DNA of 23,987 bases, taken from contig JAGHDA010000115.1 of NCBI GenBank assembly GCA_021160185.1, positions 1-23,987 of the forward strand, in the 5' to 3' direction. Both the position numbers and the translations under genes were made by a program. The notes under the pieces are model-generated. The model ran no database searches, was not told the DNA's origin, and saw only the letters and a list, made by a program, of their open reading frames with translations. The stretch's first letter is position 1. Each line of letters opens with the position of its first letter. This document shows positions 1 through 7,761 of this stretch, piece after piece. The stretch comes from Verrucomicrobiota bacterium (lineage in GTDB: Bacteria; Verrucomicrobiota; Verrucomicrobiia; Limisphaerales; CAZBKV01).

Positions 1-1
1 C

Positions 2-85
2 AACGAAGCCTCGCGCCATCCGGAGATTGTGGCTCGCCTCACCCGCGCCCACGAAGCCTGGCTTGAAGACCTCAGCAAGCCGTAG
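2..85 (+). CDS. 3' end of an upstream gene (C-terminal 27 codons, ...NEASRHPEIVARLTRAHEAWLEDLSKP*); product unknown, possibly a sulfatase-like C-terminus
   Basis: Frame 2 is open from the window edge to TAG at 83-85, and third codon positions are strongly G/C-biased like the confirmed genes. The 'HPEIVARL...W' ending resembles sulfatase C-termini from memory only. Confidence 0.3.
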   Translation, partial: NEASRHPEIVARLTRAHEAWLEDLSKP

Positions 86-113
86 CCCGGCCTGGTTCGG
101 CATCGTCCGCCGG

Positions 114-359
114 TCAGTCCTCCGCTTCGTCGGGGGCGGACGGAGGTTGATCTTCCTGATGCCAGCCCTGCTGCGAAGCCGCTTCTCCGACGGGCTCGCT
201 GATCCGGTATTCCTCTCCGAGCCAACGGCCCAGATCAATCAGGCGGCAACGCTTGGAGCAGAACGGTCCGTGCGGGCCGTCGAACCAGGATCCCCGCTTG
301 CCGCAGGTGGGGCATCTGACTTGGAGCTTTTTGTCTCCCACGGCCGGGCGAGAGTTCAC
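114..359 (-). CDS. yacG: DNA gyrase inhibitor YacG (zinc-ribbon protein)
   Basis: The C-terminal 68 aa of ORF 114..635 read VRCPTCGKRGSWFDGPHGPFCSKRCRLIDLGRWLGEEYRI. This matches the YacG signature CPxCGK...PFCSxRCxxIDLGxW. The likely start is GTG at 359..357, overlapping the upstream stop (GTGA). The N-terminal part of the long ORF is low-complexity and overlaps the DUF2905 gene. Confidence 0.65.
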   Translation of the reverse strand: MNSRPAVGDKKLQVRCPTCGKRGSWFDGPHGPFCSKRCRLIDLGRWLGEEYRISEPVGEAASQQGWHQEDQPPSAPDEAED

Positions 360-577
360 CGGTTGAAAATCGTGAACAACAGCGTAAGCAGAAGGCTCAG
401 CGCCAGGCAGGTGACGATCGGGAAGTAGAAGCGGAAATTGCCTTTCTCGATCGCGATGTCGCCCGGGAGAAACCGCCCGCCATGCGTTCCCAGGAGCCAG
501 ATCAGGCCTCCCAGCGCCGCCAACGCCAACCCTGTGAGGATGATCCATTTCGCCAACGGTTCCATCGGATCCATCAT
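356..577 (-). CDS. DUF2905-family small membrane protein (73 aa, two TM helices)
   Basis: MMDPMEPLAKWIILTGLALAALGGLIWLLG...RFLPGDIAIEKGNFRFYFPIVTCLALSLLLTLLF. The motif LPGDIxIxxGNFxFYFPI is the DUF2905 signature as I recall it. The ATG at 577..575 overlaps the ClpX-like stop (ATGA). Confidence 0.7.
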   Translation of the reverse strand: MMDPMEPLAKWIILTGLALAALGGLIWLLGTHGGRFLPGDIAIEKGNFRFYFPIVTCLALSLLLTLLFTIFNR

Positions 578-2160
578 CCTTGAGACCGGGGCTGCGCGAA
601 CTCCGGCTTCTCGCCTTCGCGATAACTCTGGACAACCAACCGGCTCAACTCCTGATCCGGAGCTTCGACCATGCTCCGGGTGATTTCAAATTCCGTCTGG
701 CCCGTGTTTTTCGAAACCAGCTTGAGCCCGAAATAGAGGTCCTGGAATCGCTCCGCGCAAAACTCGCGCACCGGCTTGCCGGCCTCGGCGGCCAACTCGA
801 CCGCTCTCTCCGCGGCGTCCTCGGCGAAGCGGATCCGGATCTCATGCTCCTTGGAAAACCGCTCGGCAAACTCATCCACAAAGTGGCGCAACACGGCCCG
901 CTGCTCGACGGCCTGTTCCTCGCGAATCCGCTGCAGCGCCTCCAACGGCCGGTCCGTCACTTCGCGCGTCACCACAAACTGCCTGATCTGGGTGGAAGGC
1001 AGCTCGAACTTGAATTCGCGGAGGACGCGTTCGCACACAGTCATCAACCCGCGCGCGCCGGTTTGCTCCTCCGCCGCCAGCTCGGCGATGCGCCGCAGGC
1101 CGTCTTCCCGAAACGAAACCTGGATGCCGTAAGCGGCCATCGTCTCCTCGATCTGGCGGATGATGCTTCCCTCCGAGTCGCGAAGGATCCGAAACAAGTC
1201 TTCCACCGTCAACGGGTGGCAGAAGACACGCACGGGCAATCGGCCGATGAACTCCGGTTCAAACCCATAGTCGATGAAGTCTTTCGTCTGCGCCTGGCTT
1301 AGCAGGGCGGTTTCGTCGGCGGGCTCCGCGGCGGAGGCGGCAAATCCAATAGCGCTGCTGCGCAGCCGCCGTTGAACGATTTCCCGCAAGCCGTGGAAAG
1401 CGCCGCTCACCACAAAGAGGATATGCTTGGTGTTGATCATCTCCGGCGCCGCGGGGCGGCCCGCCCTGCGCCCTCCAAAGGACTGCTGCATCATCGCGCG
1501 GAGTTGGCCGGCGATATCGTTCGGCGAACGGGCGCTGACTTCGGTTTCTTCCATCAGTTTGAGGAGATTGCTCTGAACGCCGCGCCCGCTCACATCCCGC
1601 CCGGAGTTCTGAGGCGAGGAGGCGATCTTGTCGATCTCGTCGATGTAGACGATCCCGTATTCGGCCCGCTTCACATTGTCGTCCGCCCGCCGCAACAGCT
1701 CCCTCACCAGATCCTCCACGTCCGCGCCCACATAGCCGGTTTCAGAAAACTTCGTAGCGTCGGCCTTCACAAACGGCACGCCGATCAGATCGGCCAGGCT
1801 GCGGATGAGGTAGGTTTTCCCTACGCCGGTGGGCCCCACGAGCAAAACGTTCTGCTTGGCGTAATTGGGCTGCTTCTTGCCTTTGAGCGCCAGGCGCACA
1901 TGGTGGTAATGATCGCAGAGAGCGACGCTGAGGACTTTCTTCGCTTCTTCCTGGCCGATCACAAAGCGGTCCAGGTATGCCTTGACCTCCCGCGGAGTCA
2001 GATTGAACTCCTCAATCGGGTCAGGTTTTTCTTCCTCCGCCGGCTGCTCGCCGGATCCAGCTCGATCTTCGCCGAACGCCTCCGCGCCCAAGCCGGGGCC
2101 GAACCCTCCGGCCATCATCTTGCGCCGGAACTCTTCCAGGGCTTTTTGGAACTCATCCAT
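574..2160 (-). CDS. ClpX/HslU-family AAA+ unfoldase with ClpX-like architecture: no N-terminal zinc-binding domain, IGF loop present, ~120-aa C-terminal extension
   Basis: Walker A is GPTGVGKT. The pore-1 loop SETGYVGADVE and Walker B / sensor GIVYIDEIDKI...RDVSGRGVQSNLLKLMEET are present. HILFVVSGAF and the ClpP-docking-like AIGFAAS...EPEFIGRLPV are also present. There is no I-domain insertion between GYVG and DEID, unlike HslU. There is no CxxC...CxxC zinc-binding domain at the N-terminus. The protein is 528 aa, versus ~420 for ClpX. Confidence 0.85.
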   Translation of the reverse strand: MDEFQKALEEFRRKMMAGGFGPGLGAEAFGEDRAGSGEQPAEEEKPDPIEEFNLTPREVKAYLDRFVIGQEEAKKVLSVALCDHYHHVRLALKGKKQPNYAKQNVLLVGPTGVGKTYLIRSLADLIGVPFVKADATKFSETGYVGADVEDLVRELLRRADDNVKRAEYGIVYIDEIDKIASSPQNSGRDVSGRGVQSNLLKLMEETEVSARSPNDIAGQLRAMMQQSFGGRRAGRPAAPEMINTKHILFVVSGAFHGLREIVQRRLRSSAIGFAASAAEPADETALLSQAQTKDFIDYGFEPEFIGRLPVRVFCHPLTVEDLFRILRDSEGSIIRQIEETMAAYGIQVSFREDGLRRIAELAAEEQTGARGLMTVCERVLREFKFELPSTQIRQFVVTREVTDRPLEALQRIREEQAVEQRAVLRHFVDEFAERFSKEHEIRIRFAEDAAERAVELAAEAGKPVREFCAERFQDLYFGLKLVSKNTGQTEFEITRSMVEAPDQELSRLVVQSYREGEKPEFAQPRSQG

Positions 2161-2276
2161 GATATTGTTGGGAAGCGGCCTTCACTCGAATTCAGATCGT
2201 TCGGAAACCGCTCCGAAAGCCGCCTTCTTTAACCTACACGCCCGCCGCCGAGTTGCAACAACCGCGCGCTGCCAAG

Positions 2277-2309
2277 CGCAAAAGAGGAGCGCGCCGGCAC
2301 GCGCGCGCA
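2277..2309 (-). terminator. Possible intrinsic terminator downstream of infC
   Basis: A GCGCGC / 6-nt loop / GCGCGC hairpin at ~2289-2306. On the minus-strand RNA it is followed by UCCUCUUUUG (2288-2279). It lies ~20 nt past the infC stop (2330-2332). The U-tract is imperfect. Confidence 0.3.
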
Positions 2310-2329
2310 ACAGCCGGCCGCCCAGAGTC

Positions 2330-3049
2330 TCAGTTCTCCGGGGCGGCGAAGGGGTTGTTGATAAAGCCCTCGGCTCGCTCGGGAGGCGAGGAGGTGTTTC
2401 CCTCGGCCCCTTTCGTCGCTTGCTTCGCCTCCGCCGAGGATTGGGCCGGACTCTCGGCTTTTTCGGGAGGCTCTGCTTCCTCGGCCGCGCGGGGATTGGG
2501 AGCGCGCTTATTGCGGGGAAGCGGATTGACCACCACCTGAATCCGCCGGCCCTCTTTGCGGGGAGTGTCCGCCGCACGCCCATAAGGGGCAAGCGCCTCG
2601 AGGAAATCCCGAACCACCTTCTCGCCGAGTTCCTGGTGAGCCATCTCCCTGCCGCGGAAGCGAAGGCAGACCTTGACCTTCATGTCCTCGCAAAGGAAGT
2701 CCACAGCGCGTTCGAGCTTGATCTTGAAGTCATGGGGATCAATCCCGGGCCGGAGCTGGACTTCCTTAAGCTTGCTGGCCTGCTGGTTTTTGCGGGTTTC
2801 CTTTTCCTTCTTGGCCTGCTCGTACCGGAATTTGCCGTAATCGACGATTCGGCAGACGGGGGGATTGGCTTGCCGGGCGATCTCGACCAGGTCCAGGCCG
2901 TTGGATCGGGCGAGGCTGATGGCCTCCCGCAGCGGCAGGATGCCGATTTGCGCCCCGTTGGGGCCGATGACCCGCACTTCCCGAGCGCGGATCTGCCCGT
3001 TTACTCTGAATTCCGGTTCCCTTCTGTAACGATGCTTTGGCCGCCTCAA
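2330..3049 (-). CDS. infC: Translation initiation factor IF-3 with a ~55-aa acidic Pro/Ala/Glu-rich C-terminal tail
   Basis: INGQIRAREVRVIGPNGAQIGILPLREAISLARSNGLDLVEIARQANPPVCRIVDYGKFRYEQAKK...FRGREMAHQELG...EGRRIQVVVNP aligns with IF-3 throughout. The start is TTG at 3049..3047, preceded by AGGAGG (3060..3055) with a 5-nt spacer. Stop is TGA at 2330-2332. Confidence 0.9.
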   Translation of the reverse strand: MRRPKHRYRREPEFRVNGQIRAREVRVIGPNGAQIGILPLREAISLARSNGLDLVEIARQANPPVCRIVDYGKFRYEQAKKEKETRKNQQASKLKEVQLRPGIDPHDFKIKLERAVDFLCEDMKVKVCLRFRGREMAHQELGEKVVRDFLEALAPYGRAADTPRKEGRRIQVVVNPLPRNKRAPNPRAAEEAEPPEKAESPAQSSAEAKQATKGAEGNTSSPPERAEGFINNPFAAPEN

Positions 3050-3320
3050 GCAGCCCTCCTCTGTTGAGGTTTCACGGCTCCGGCAAGGAGCGCCTCCTTC
3101 TCTCCCAATTTCCCGGGCTCATCCTCGCTACAAAGCGAGCCGCACATGCCTCTTATTGCGAACACAGGTTCATTCAATAGTCTCTTCCGGGGCCGCGTCA
3201 AGCCCCCGAAAGCCAATTTAGAGCGGTTTTCAGCCCGAGAGGCGCCGTTCCTTAGACTTGCATTGGGGCCGGAACCGCGCAGCATGGATCCGCCCGAGGA
3301 CAACAAATCGGAGTCGACTT

Positions 3321-4682
3321 ATGCGTAAACAGAGAAGCCACGCCCCGAATCGGACCAGCCGGCGCGTTTTCCTGCAGCAATTGACGGCGGCCCTGAGCGC
3401 CGCCCCTTGGATCGCGCGCGGGGAAGCCGCCGCCGAGAAGGAGGAGCCGTCCGAAACCGAGCTGCTCCGGGAAGCCGACCGGCGCATTCTTAAACACCGC
3501 CGCGGGCTTGTGTCCGTCCGAATCCTCGGTCGGGACGGCAGGCCGCTGGCCTTTGCTCCCGCGCGGTGGACGCAGACCCAACATAAGTTCCTCTTCGGCT
3601 GCAACCTGTTTCGATTCGGCCGCATTCCCGATCCGGAGCGAGAAGCCCGGTACCGAAGCCGCTTTGCGGATCTGTGGAACTATGCCACGCTGGGCTTCTA
3701 CTGGCCCTATTTCGAACCGGTCCAAGGCCGCCCGCGCTACGCCTACATCGACCAAGCGGTCGCCTGGTGTCGCGAGCAGGGCGTCACGCCCAAAGGGCAT
3801 CCGTTAATGTGGGATTACGCCGACCCCTCCTGGCTGCCGCGCGACTTCAAGCGCATTCAAGCGCTGGCTCAGGCGCGCGTCCGGAAAATCGTTTCCCACT
3901 ACAAAGGACGCATCGACATCTGGGACGTGGTCAACGAGCCCACCCATCTCGGCCGTTTCGGCACGCGGCTGGGCGAATGGGCGCTTTCCCTCGGAGCCGT
4001 CCCTTATGTGGTCATGCACTTGAAAGCGGCGCGAGAAGCCAACCCTCAAGCCCTGCTGCTGGTGAACGACTATCGCACCGACGCGAAGTATTATCGGATC
4101 CTCGAGTTGGTCCGGGCGACGAACCAGGCGCTCTTCGACGTCATCGGCATCCAGAGCCATATGCACGGCGGGACGTGGCCGCTCGCGCGCGTCTGGAAAG
4201 TGTGCGACATGTTCTCGCGGCTCGGTCTCCCGCTGCACTTCACGGAAACGACAGTGCCGAGCGGCAAGCGGCTTCCCCGCAGTTCCGGCAGGGGCTCCGC
4301 CTGGGAGGGAACCACCCTGGAAGGCGAAGCGGCCCAGGCGGCCTACACGGAGAAATTCTACCGAATGCTCTTCGGCCATCCCGCCGTGGAGGCGATCACG
4401 TGGTGGGACTTTTCCGACGACGGGGCTTGGATGGGCGCGCCCGCGGGGATCCTCCGGCGGGACATGTCGCCCAAGCCGGTCTTCCACGCCCTGCGCAACC
4501 TTATCAAGGGGCGGTGGTGGACCGCCGCCTCGGGCCAAACCGACAAGGATGGCCGCTGGCAGGTCTCCGCTTTCCACGGGACGCACCGGTTAAGCGTCCG
4601 CCTGCCCGACGGCCGGGAAGCGACGCGGATTGTGGAGACCGGCCCCGAAGGGCCTCGGGAAATCGTTTGGCGCGTAGTTTGA
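3321..4682 (+). CDS. Tat-secreted glycoside hydrolase, clan GH-A, most likely GH10 (endo-beta-1,4-xylanase-like)
   Basis: ATG at 3321 is preceded by GGAG with a 7-nt spacer. The twin-arginine signal is SRRVFLQQLTAALSAAPWIA. KGHPLMWDY resembles GH10 GHTLVWH. WDVVNEP carries the acid/base Glu. IGIQSHM matches the GxQxH motif. HFTETTV carries the nucleophile Glu in a TE context. The ORF-track start at 3258 is an upstream in-frame extension without a signal-peptide context. Confidence 0.75.
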   Translation: MRKQRSHAPNRTSRRVFLQQLTAALSAAPWIARGEAAAEKEEPSETELLREADRRILKHRRGLVSVRILGRDGRPLAFAPARWTQTQHKFLFGCNLFRFGRIPDPEREARYRSRFADLWNYATLGFYWPYFEPVQGRPRYAYIDQAVAWCREQGVTPKGHPLMWDYADPSWLPRDFKRIQALAQARVRKIVSHYKGRIDIWDVVNEPTHLGRFGTRLGEWALSLGAVPYVVMHLKAAREANPQALLLVNDYRTDAKYYRILELVRATNQALFDVIGIQSHMHGGTWPLARVWKVCDMFSRLGLPLHFTETTVPSGKRLPRSSGRGSAWEGTTLEGEAAQAAYTEKFYRMLFGHPAVEAITWWDFSDDGAWMGAPAGILRRDMSPKPVFHALRNLIKGRWWTAASGQTDKDGRWQVSAFHGTHRLSVRLPDGREATRIVETGPEGPREIVWRVV

Positions 4683-4697
4683 ATTCTCCGCAGCCAT

Positions 4698-5252
4698 TCA
4701 GAAATCCGCGTCCGGCGCTTCGCGCACGGCCGGTTTGACGCGAAAATAGTCTTCCGGTTTAAAGCCAAAGAGCCTGGCGACCAGATTGCTCGGGAAGGAT
4801 TCGCACTTGTTGCGGTAGTCCCGCACGTTGCCGTTGTAGAACCGGCGCGCGGCCTGAATCCGATCTTCAGTCCGGACCAACTCTCGTTGCAGCTCCAGGA
4901 AATGCTTGTCGGCTTTCAGCTCCGGATACCGCTCCACCACCGCGAGCAACTGGCGAAGCCCGTCCACCAACTGCTCTTCCTCGACGGCCTGGGAAGACAC
5001 CGGCCCGCGGTTCGCCGCACACCGGTTACGCAGCTCCACCACCCGCTCCAGCACTTCCCGCTCATGCCGGGCGTAGCCGCGCACTGTTTCCACCAGATTC
5101 GGGATCAGCTCGTACCGCCGCTTCAATTCGGTGTCCACGTCGGCCCACGCCTCGCGAATGTGATTGCGCAGCGCGACCAGGCCGTTGTACTGGGCAATCA
5201 CATAAATCGCGGCCAGGAGCAGAACCGCCGCCGGAAGAATGATCGGTTCCAT
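4698..5252 (-). CDS. lemA: LemA family protein
   Basis: N-terminal TM helix, then YNGLVALRNHIREAWADVDTELKRRYELIPNLVETVRGYARHEREVLERV, the canonical LemA core. GGGAGG precedes the ATG with a 7-nt spacer. Confidence 0.85.
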   Translation of the reverse strand: MEPIILPAAVLLLAAIYVIAQYNGLVALRNHIREAWADVDTELKRRYELIPNLVETVRGYARHEREVLERVVELRNRCAANRGPVSSQAVEEEQLVDGLRQLLAVVERYPELKADKHFLELQRELVRTEDRIQAARRFYNGNVRDYRNKCESFPSNLVARLFGFKPEDYFRVKPAVREAPDADF

Positions 5253-5264
5253 AGCTTCGCCTCC

Positions 5265-5981
5265 CTATTCGAACAGATACTCAGGCATCAACGCCCGCAC
5301 TTCCGCAAGGCGCTGGAGGTTGCCCTCCACCGTCCCAGGCTTTAATCGGCCGGAGAAAACAAACGCCAACGCGTTCCCTTCCACCTCGATGCTCAGGTCC
5401 GGATTGGCTAAAAGATATTCCATCATCCGGGCGTGGCAAAAGTCGTAGGCGAACCGCTTGTCCTTCGAGCGGACACAGAACTTGCGGGAAAACTCGTGCG
5501 ACTCGAAGTCGATGTCGTCGTAGCCGAAGGCCTGGGCGATCTTCGAAAGCAATCCCTCCCGGGCGACTGTCAGTTCCGGAAACCGTTTCGGGAGCCGCAT
5601 GAGATAACAGCAAAGATAGTGATGGTGAGTCCGCGAACGCCCCTTGGAGTCCGTCGAATAGGTTTCATAATGGTAGTCAAAGACCAGGACGGGCGATCCT
5701 CGGTATTCCCCCTCCATGATATTGAAGGCATAGCGGTTGGAGCCGCGCCGAAGCCGATCCAAAAAGGCGCATTCGCTTGCCAAGCCCCGATCGCGTTCCT
5801 GCCGGAAGCGGAAGCCCAGCCGTCCCGCCAACCGACGCAACGCCTCGCGGCGTTTCCGCTCGGCCAGAACGCCGAGAACCACCAAAACGACGACTAATAC
5901 AAGAAAGCCGACAACGAAAACCTCGCCTCCCATGCCATGGAACGTAGCGCGGCCCTCAAAGCGCAGGAAGCGCAAAGCCAA
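5265..5981 (-). CDS. Membrane-anchored hypothetical protein, DUF3137-like (LemA-associated)
   Basis: One N-terminal TM helix (FVVGFLVLVVVLVVLGVLA) followed by a soluble domain (YHYETYSTDSKGRSRTHHHYLCCYLMRL...). It sits 12 nt upstream of lemA on the same strand. The ORF-track start at 5981 is TTG. An internal ATG at 5933 immediately precedes the TM helix and is an equally plausible start. The DUF3137 assignment is from memory and not verified. Confidence 0.55.
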   Translation of the reverse strand: MALRFLRFEGRATFHGMGGEVFVVGFLVLVVVLVVLGVLAERKRREALRRLAGRLGFRFRQERDRGLASECAFLDRLRRGSNRYAFNIMEGEYRGSPVLVFDYHYETYSTDSKGRSRTHHHYLCCYLMRLPKRFPELTVAREGLLSKIAQAFGYDDIDFESHEFSRKFCVRSKDKRFAYDFCHARMMEYLLANPDLSIEVEGNALAFVFSGRLKPGTVEGNLQRLAEVRALMPEYLFE

Positions 5982-5993
5982 TGCGGGCTCGCG

Positions 5994-6368
5994 TCAATTC
6001 CGCCGCCGGAAGGCCGTCGGATCGGCAAAAGCCGCCAGAAGAAACAGAAGGCCCGGCAGAGAAAACACCGCGAACCATGGCCCGCCCGGCAAATGTCCTG
6101 CAACTGCAAGGTGAACCGCATAAAACCCGGCCAGGGAGAGCAGAGTAAACACGCCCCCGGACATCTCAATCCACCAGCCTAACACCATGCCCGCGGAGAC
6201 GCCCAAAGGGAAAAATGCGAACAGGATCTTCTCCCGCCACCCCGCGTCGAGCGCCCTGCCTCCCTCGCCCCACACGAACAGAAACAACCCCCCTACGGCA
6301 ACCGCGCTCAAGCCCCGAGCGCTCCACCGCAAAACCGCGTAAAGAACCTTGCCGCTTCCATCTCGCAC
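5994..6368 (-). CDS. Hypothetical small polytopic membrane protein (~124 aa, ~4 TM helices)
   Basis: GTG start. Hydrophobic segments are LSAVAVGGLFLFVW, ILFAFFPLGVSAGMVLGWWI, VFTLLSLAGFYAVHLAV and WFAVFSLPGLLFLLAAF. It is on the same strand and tightly spaced with the DUF3137-like gene. No recognisable family. Confidence 0.4.
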   Translation of the reverse strand: MRDGSGKVLYAVLRWSARGLSAVAVGGLFLFVWGEGGRALDAGWREKILFAFFPLGVSAGMVLGWWIEMSGGVFTLLSLAGFYAVHLAVAGHLPGGPWFAVFSLPGLLFLLAAFADPTAFRRRN

Positions 6369-6620
6369 GCCCCGGGAATCTCCCGGCTTTCGGACTCCAT
6401 GTCAAACCCGGGGCGACGCCCTTGCGGAACCTTCGGAGCAACGCGGCCTCCAGCCCTCTTACAAGGCGGAATGGGAAAAATCGCAGCCGCCGACGCGAAG
6501 GGGCGTCAGGCAGGATGCAGCCCAACGGGCAAACGGCTGTTCGGTTTTCTCCCCAGCTCCGACCTGCCTCGTTGCCCCGGGAACTACGGGAAACTCGCCG
6601 CGCCCTCAAGTCCGGCGCAG

Positions 6621-7754
6621 TCAGCGCGGGGAAGAAGCTCGACGTCTCAACGGATCGACCGCCTCGGCAACGAAAGAAGCCGCCGCGCCGCCAGGAGCTT
6701 TAATCACCCCCTGAATACGAAAACTTCCTCCCGGCCGCCCGGACAACGTGGCTTTGACCCGAAGCCGGCCGGCGCCGGCCGGCAAGGGGCCTTCGGCTGT
6801 AAACGCCCAGCGCGCCCCTGAATTGCCGAAAACCCCGGCCGCTTCCCAACCGAGGATGTCAGCCCGAAAACCGCTTTGGTCTTGAAGCTTCCACCCCGTT
6901 GGTTCCCGAAGGATCATGAACCCCGAAAGCGCCGGCTCGCCTCCCGGCAAGACCCGACGTTGGCTTGCAAGCGAGTCCGCATCCACCGTGAATCGGGTCG
7001 GCCCCGGCAAAGGCGGCTTCACAGGAGCAGCTCCCTCCTTGGCAGTGTCGTTGGAAATCCCTTTCGAGCGCTTTTCGGAACAGGCTTGAACGGCAAGCGG
7101 CTCTCCCCCGCGTCGGAGAGCGCCGGCGGCGGTCGGAAGCGGGGCGGGAGAAGCGCCGGCGCCTAAGCGGGCGCGCGGCGCGGCGCGCGGCGCGCCAGGC
7201 GGCGCAATGCTTGGTTCGGCGCGGCGCGCAGGCTTGGATGAAGCCTGAGAAGCGCGGAATGCCGACTTGGCCAACGCTTCCTCCCGAACCGGACCGGAGC
7301 GCCTCGGCGCTTCTTCAGGCTCAGACGCGGGCGGCGCTTTAGGTTTAGGAAAAGCGGTGCGCAAGGCGCGCGCCGGAGAAGCAGGCGACGGAGGAGGAGA
7401 AGCCTCGGAAAGACTCGCGGCAGGAATCATTTTGGGCCCCGCCGCCAGAGGCTTCGGCGCGCGCAGGCTCGGGCCAAGCGCCAACCAACCGGCCGCGCAC
7501 ACGGCCGCCGCCGCGGCGAGGGCCGCGCCGCATCGCGCCCAGACCGGAAACTCGGCGACCCAACCCCGCAATTCTTCGAACGCCAGGGCCAAACGCCCCG
7601 CGGCCGCCCGGCCGCCGAGGCTCCGTTGCGCTTCCGCCACAAGCCGCGCGCGCGCCTCTTCCGGCAAGGAGCGGCCCCGGCCGAACTCCTCGCGCCGCCG
7701 TCGCGCCCATTCGACCAGCTTCCGCTCCATCCGTTCTGTGTCCCGTTCGATCAT
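6621..7754 (-). CDS. Anti-sigma factor: cytoplasmic N-domain, single TM, Pro/Ala-rich linker, periplasmic C-domain
   Basis: It lies immediately downstream of the ECF sigma gene. The ATG (MIERDTERMERK...) at 7754 is 7 nt after the sigma stop. The TM helix is AALAAAAAVCAAGWLALG, followed by a proline-rich spacer and a structured C-terminal domain. The ORF-track TTG start at 7826 would overlap the sigma gene by 64 nt and is rejected. Confidence 0.6.
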   Translation of the reverse strand: MIERDTERMERKLVEWARRRREEFGRGRSLPEEARARLVAEAQRSLGGRAAAGRLALAFEELRGWVAEFPVWARCGAALAAAAAVCAAGWLALGPSLRAPKPLAAGPKMIPAASLSEASPPPSPASPARALRTAFPKPKAPPASEPEEAPRRSGPVREEALAKSAFRASQASSKPARRAEPSIAPPGAPRAAPRARLGAGASPAPLPTAAGALRRGGEPLAVQACSEKRSKGISNDTAKEGAAPVKPPLPGPTRFTVDADSLASQRRVLPGGEPALSGFMILREPTGWKLQDQSGFRADILGWEAAGVFGNSGARWAFTAEGPLPAGAGRLRVKATLSGRPGGSFRIQGVIKAPGGAAASFVAEAVDPLRRRASSPR

Positions 7755-7761
7755 CAATCCG

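Noticed and set aside
2161-2329. Possible rpmI (L35) gene downstream of infC
   Set aside because: The 170-nt gap is too short (L35 is ~195 nt), and the only ORF there (2182..2592) is an overlapping shadow frame.
1982-3067. 361-aa ORF on + strand overlapping infC
   Set aside because: Antisense shadow of infC and the ClpX-like gene. It is R/G/P/S-rich low complexity with no motifs.
3674-4738. 354-aa + ORF and 260-aa - ORF (3804..4586) overlapping the GH10 gene
   Set aside because: Alternative-frame or antisense shadows. Arg/Pro/Gly-rich. The GH10 frame has motifs and a Tat signal.
6369-6620. Possible sRNA or small ORF in the 250-nt gap (contains a CCGGGA-atc-TCCCGG hairpin at ~6379-6393)
   Set aside because: No convincing ORF, promoter or terminator. 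Short GC-rich hairpins of this kind are expected by chance in 65-70% GC DNA. Retained only as a note under the sigma-array finding.
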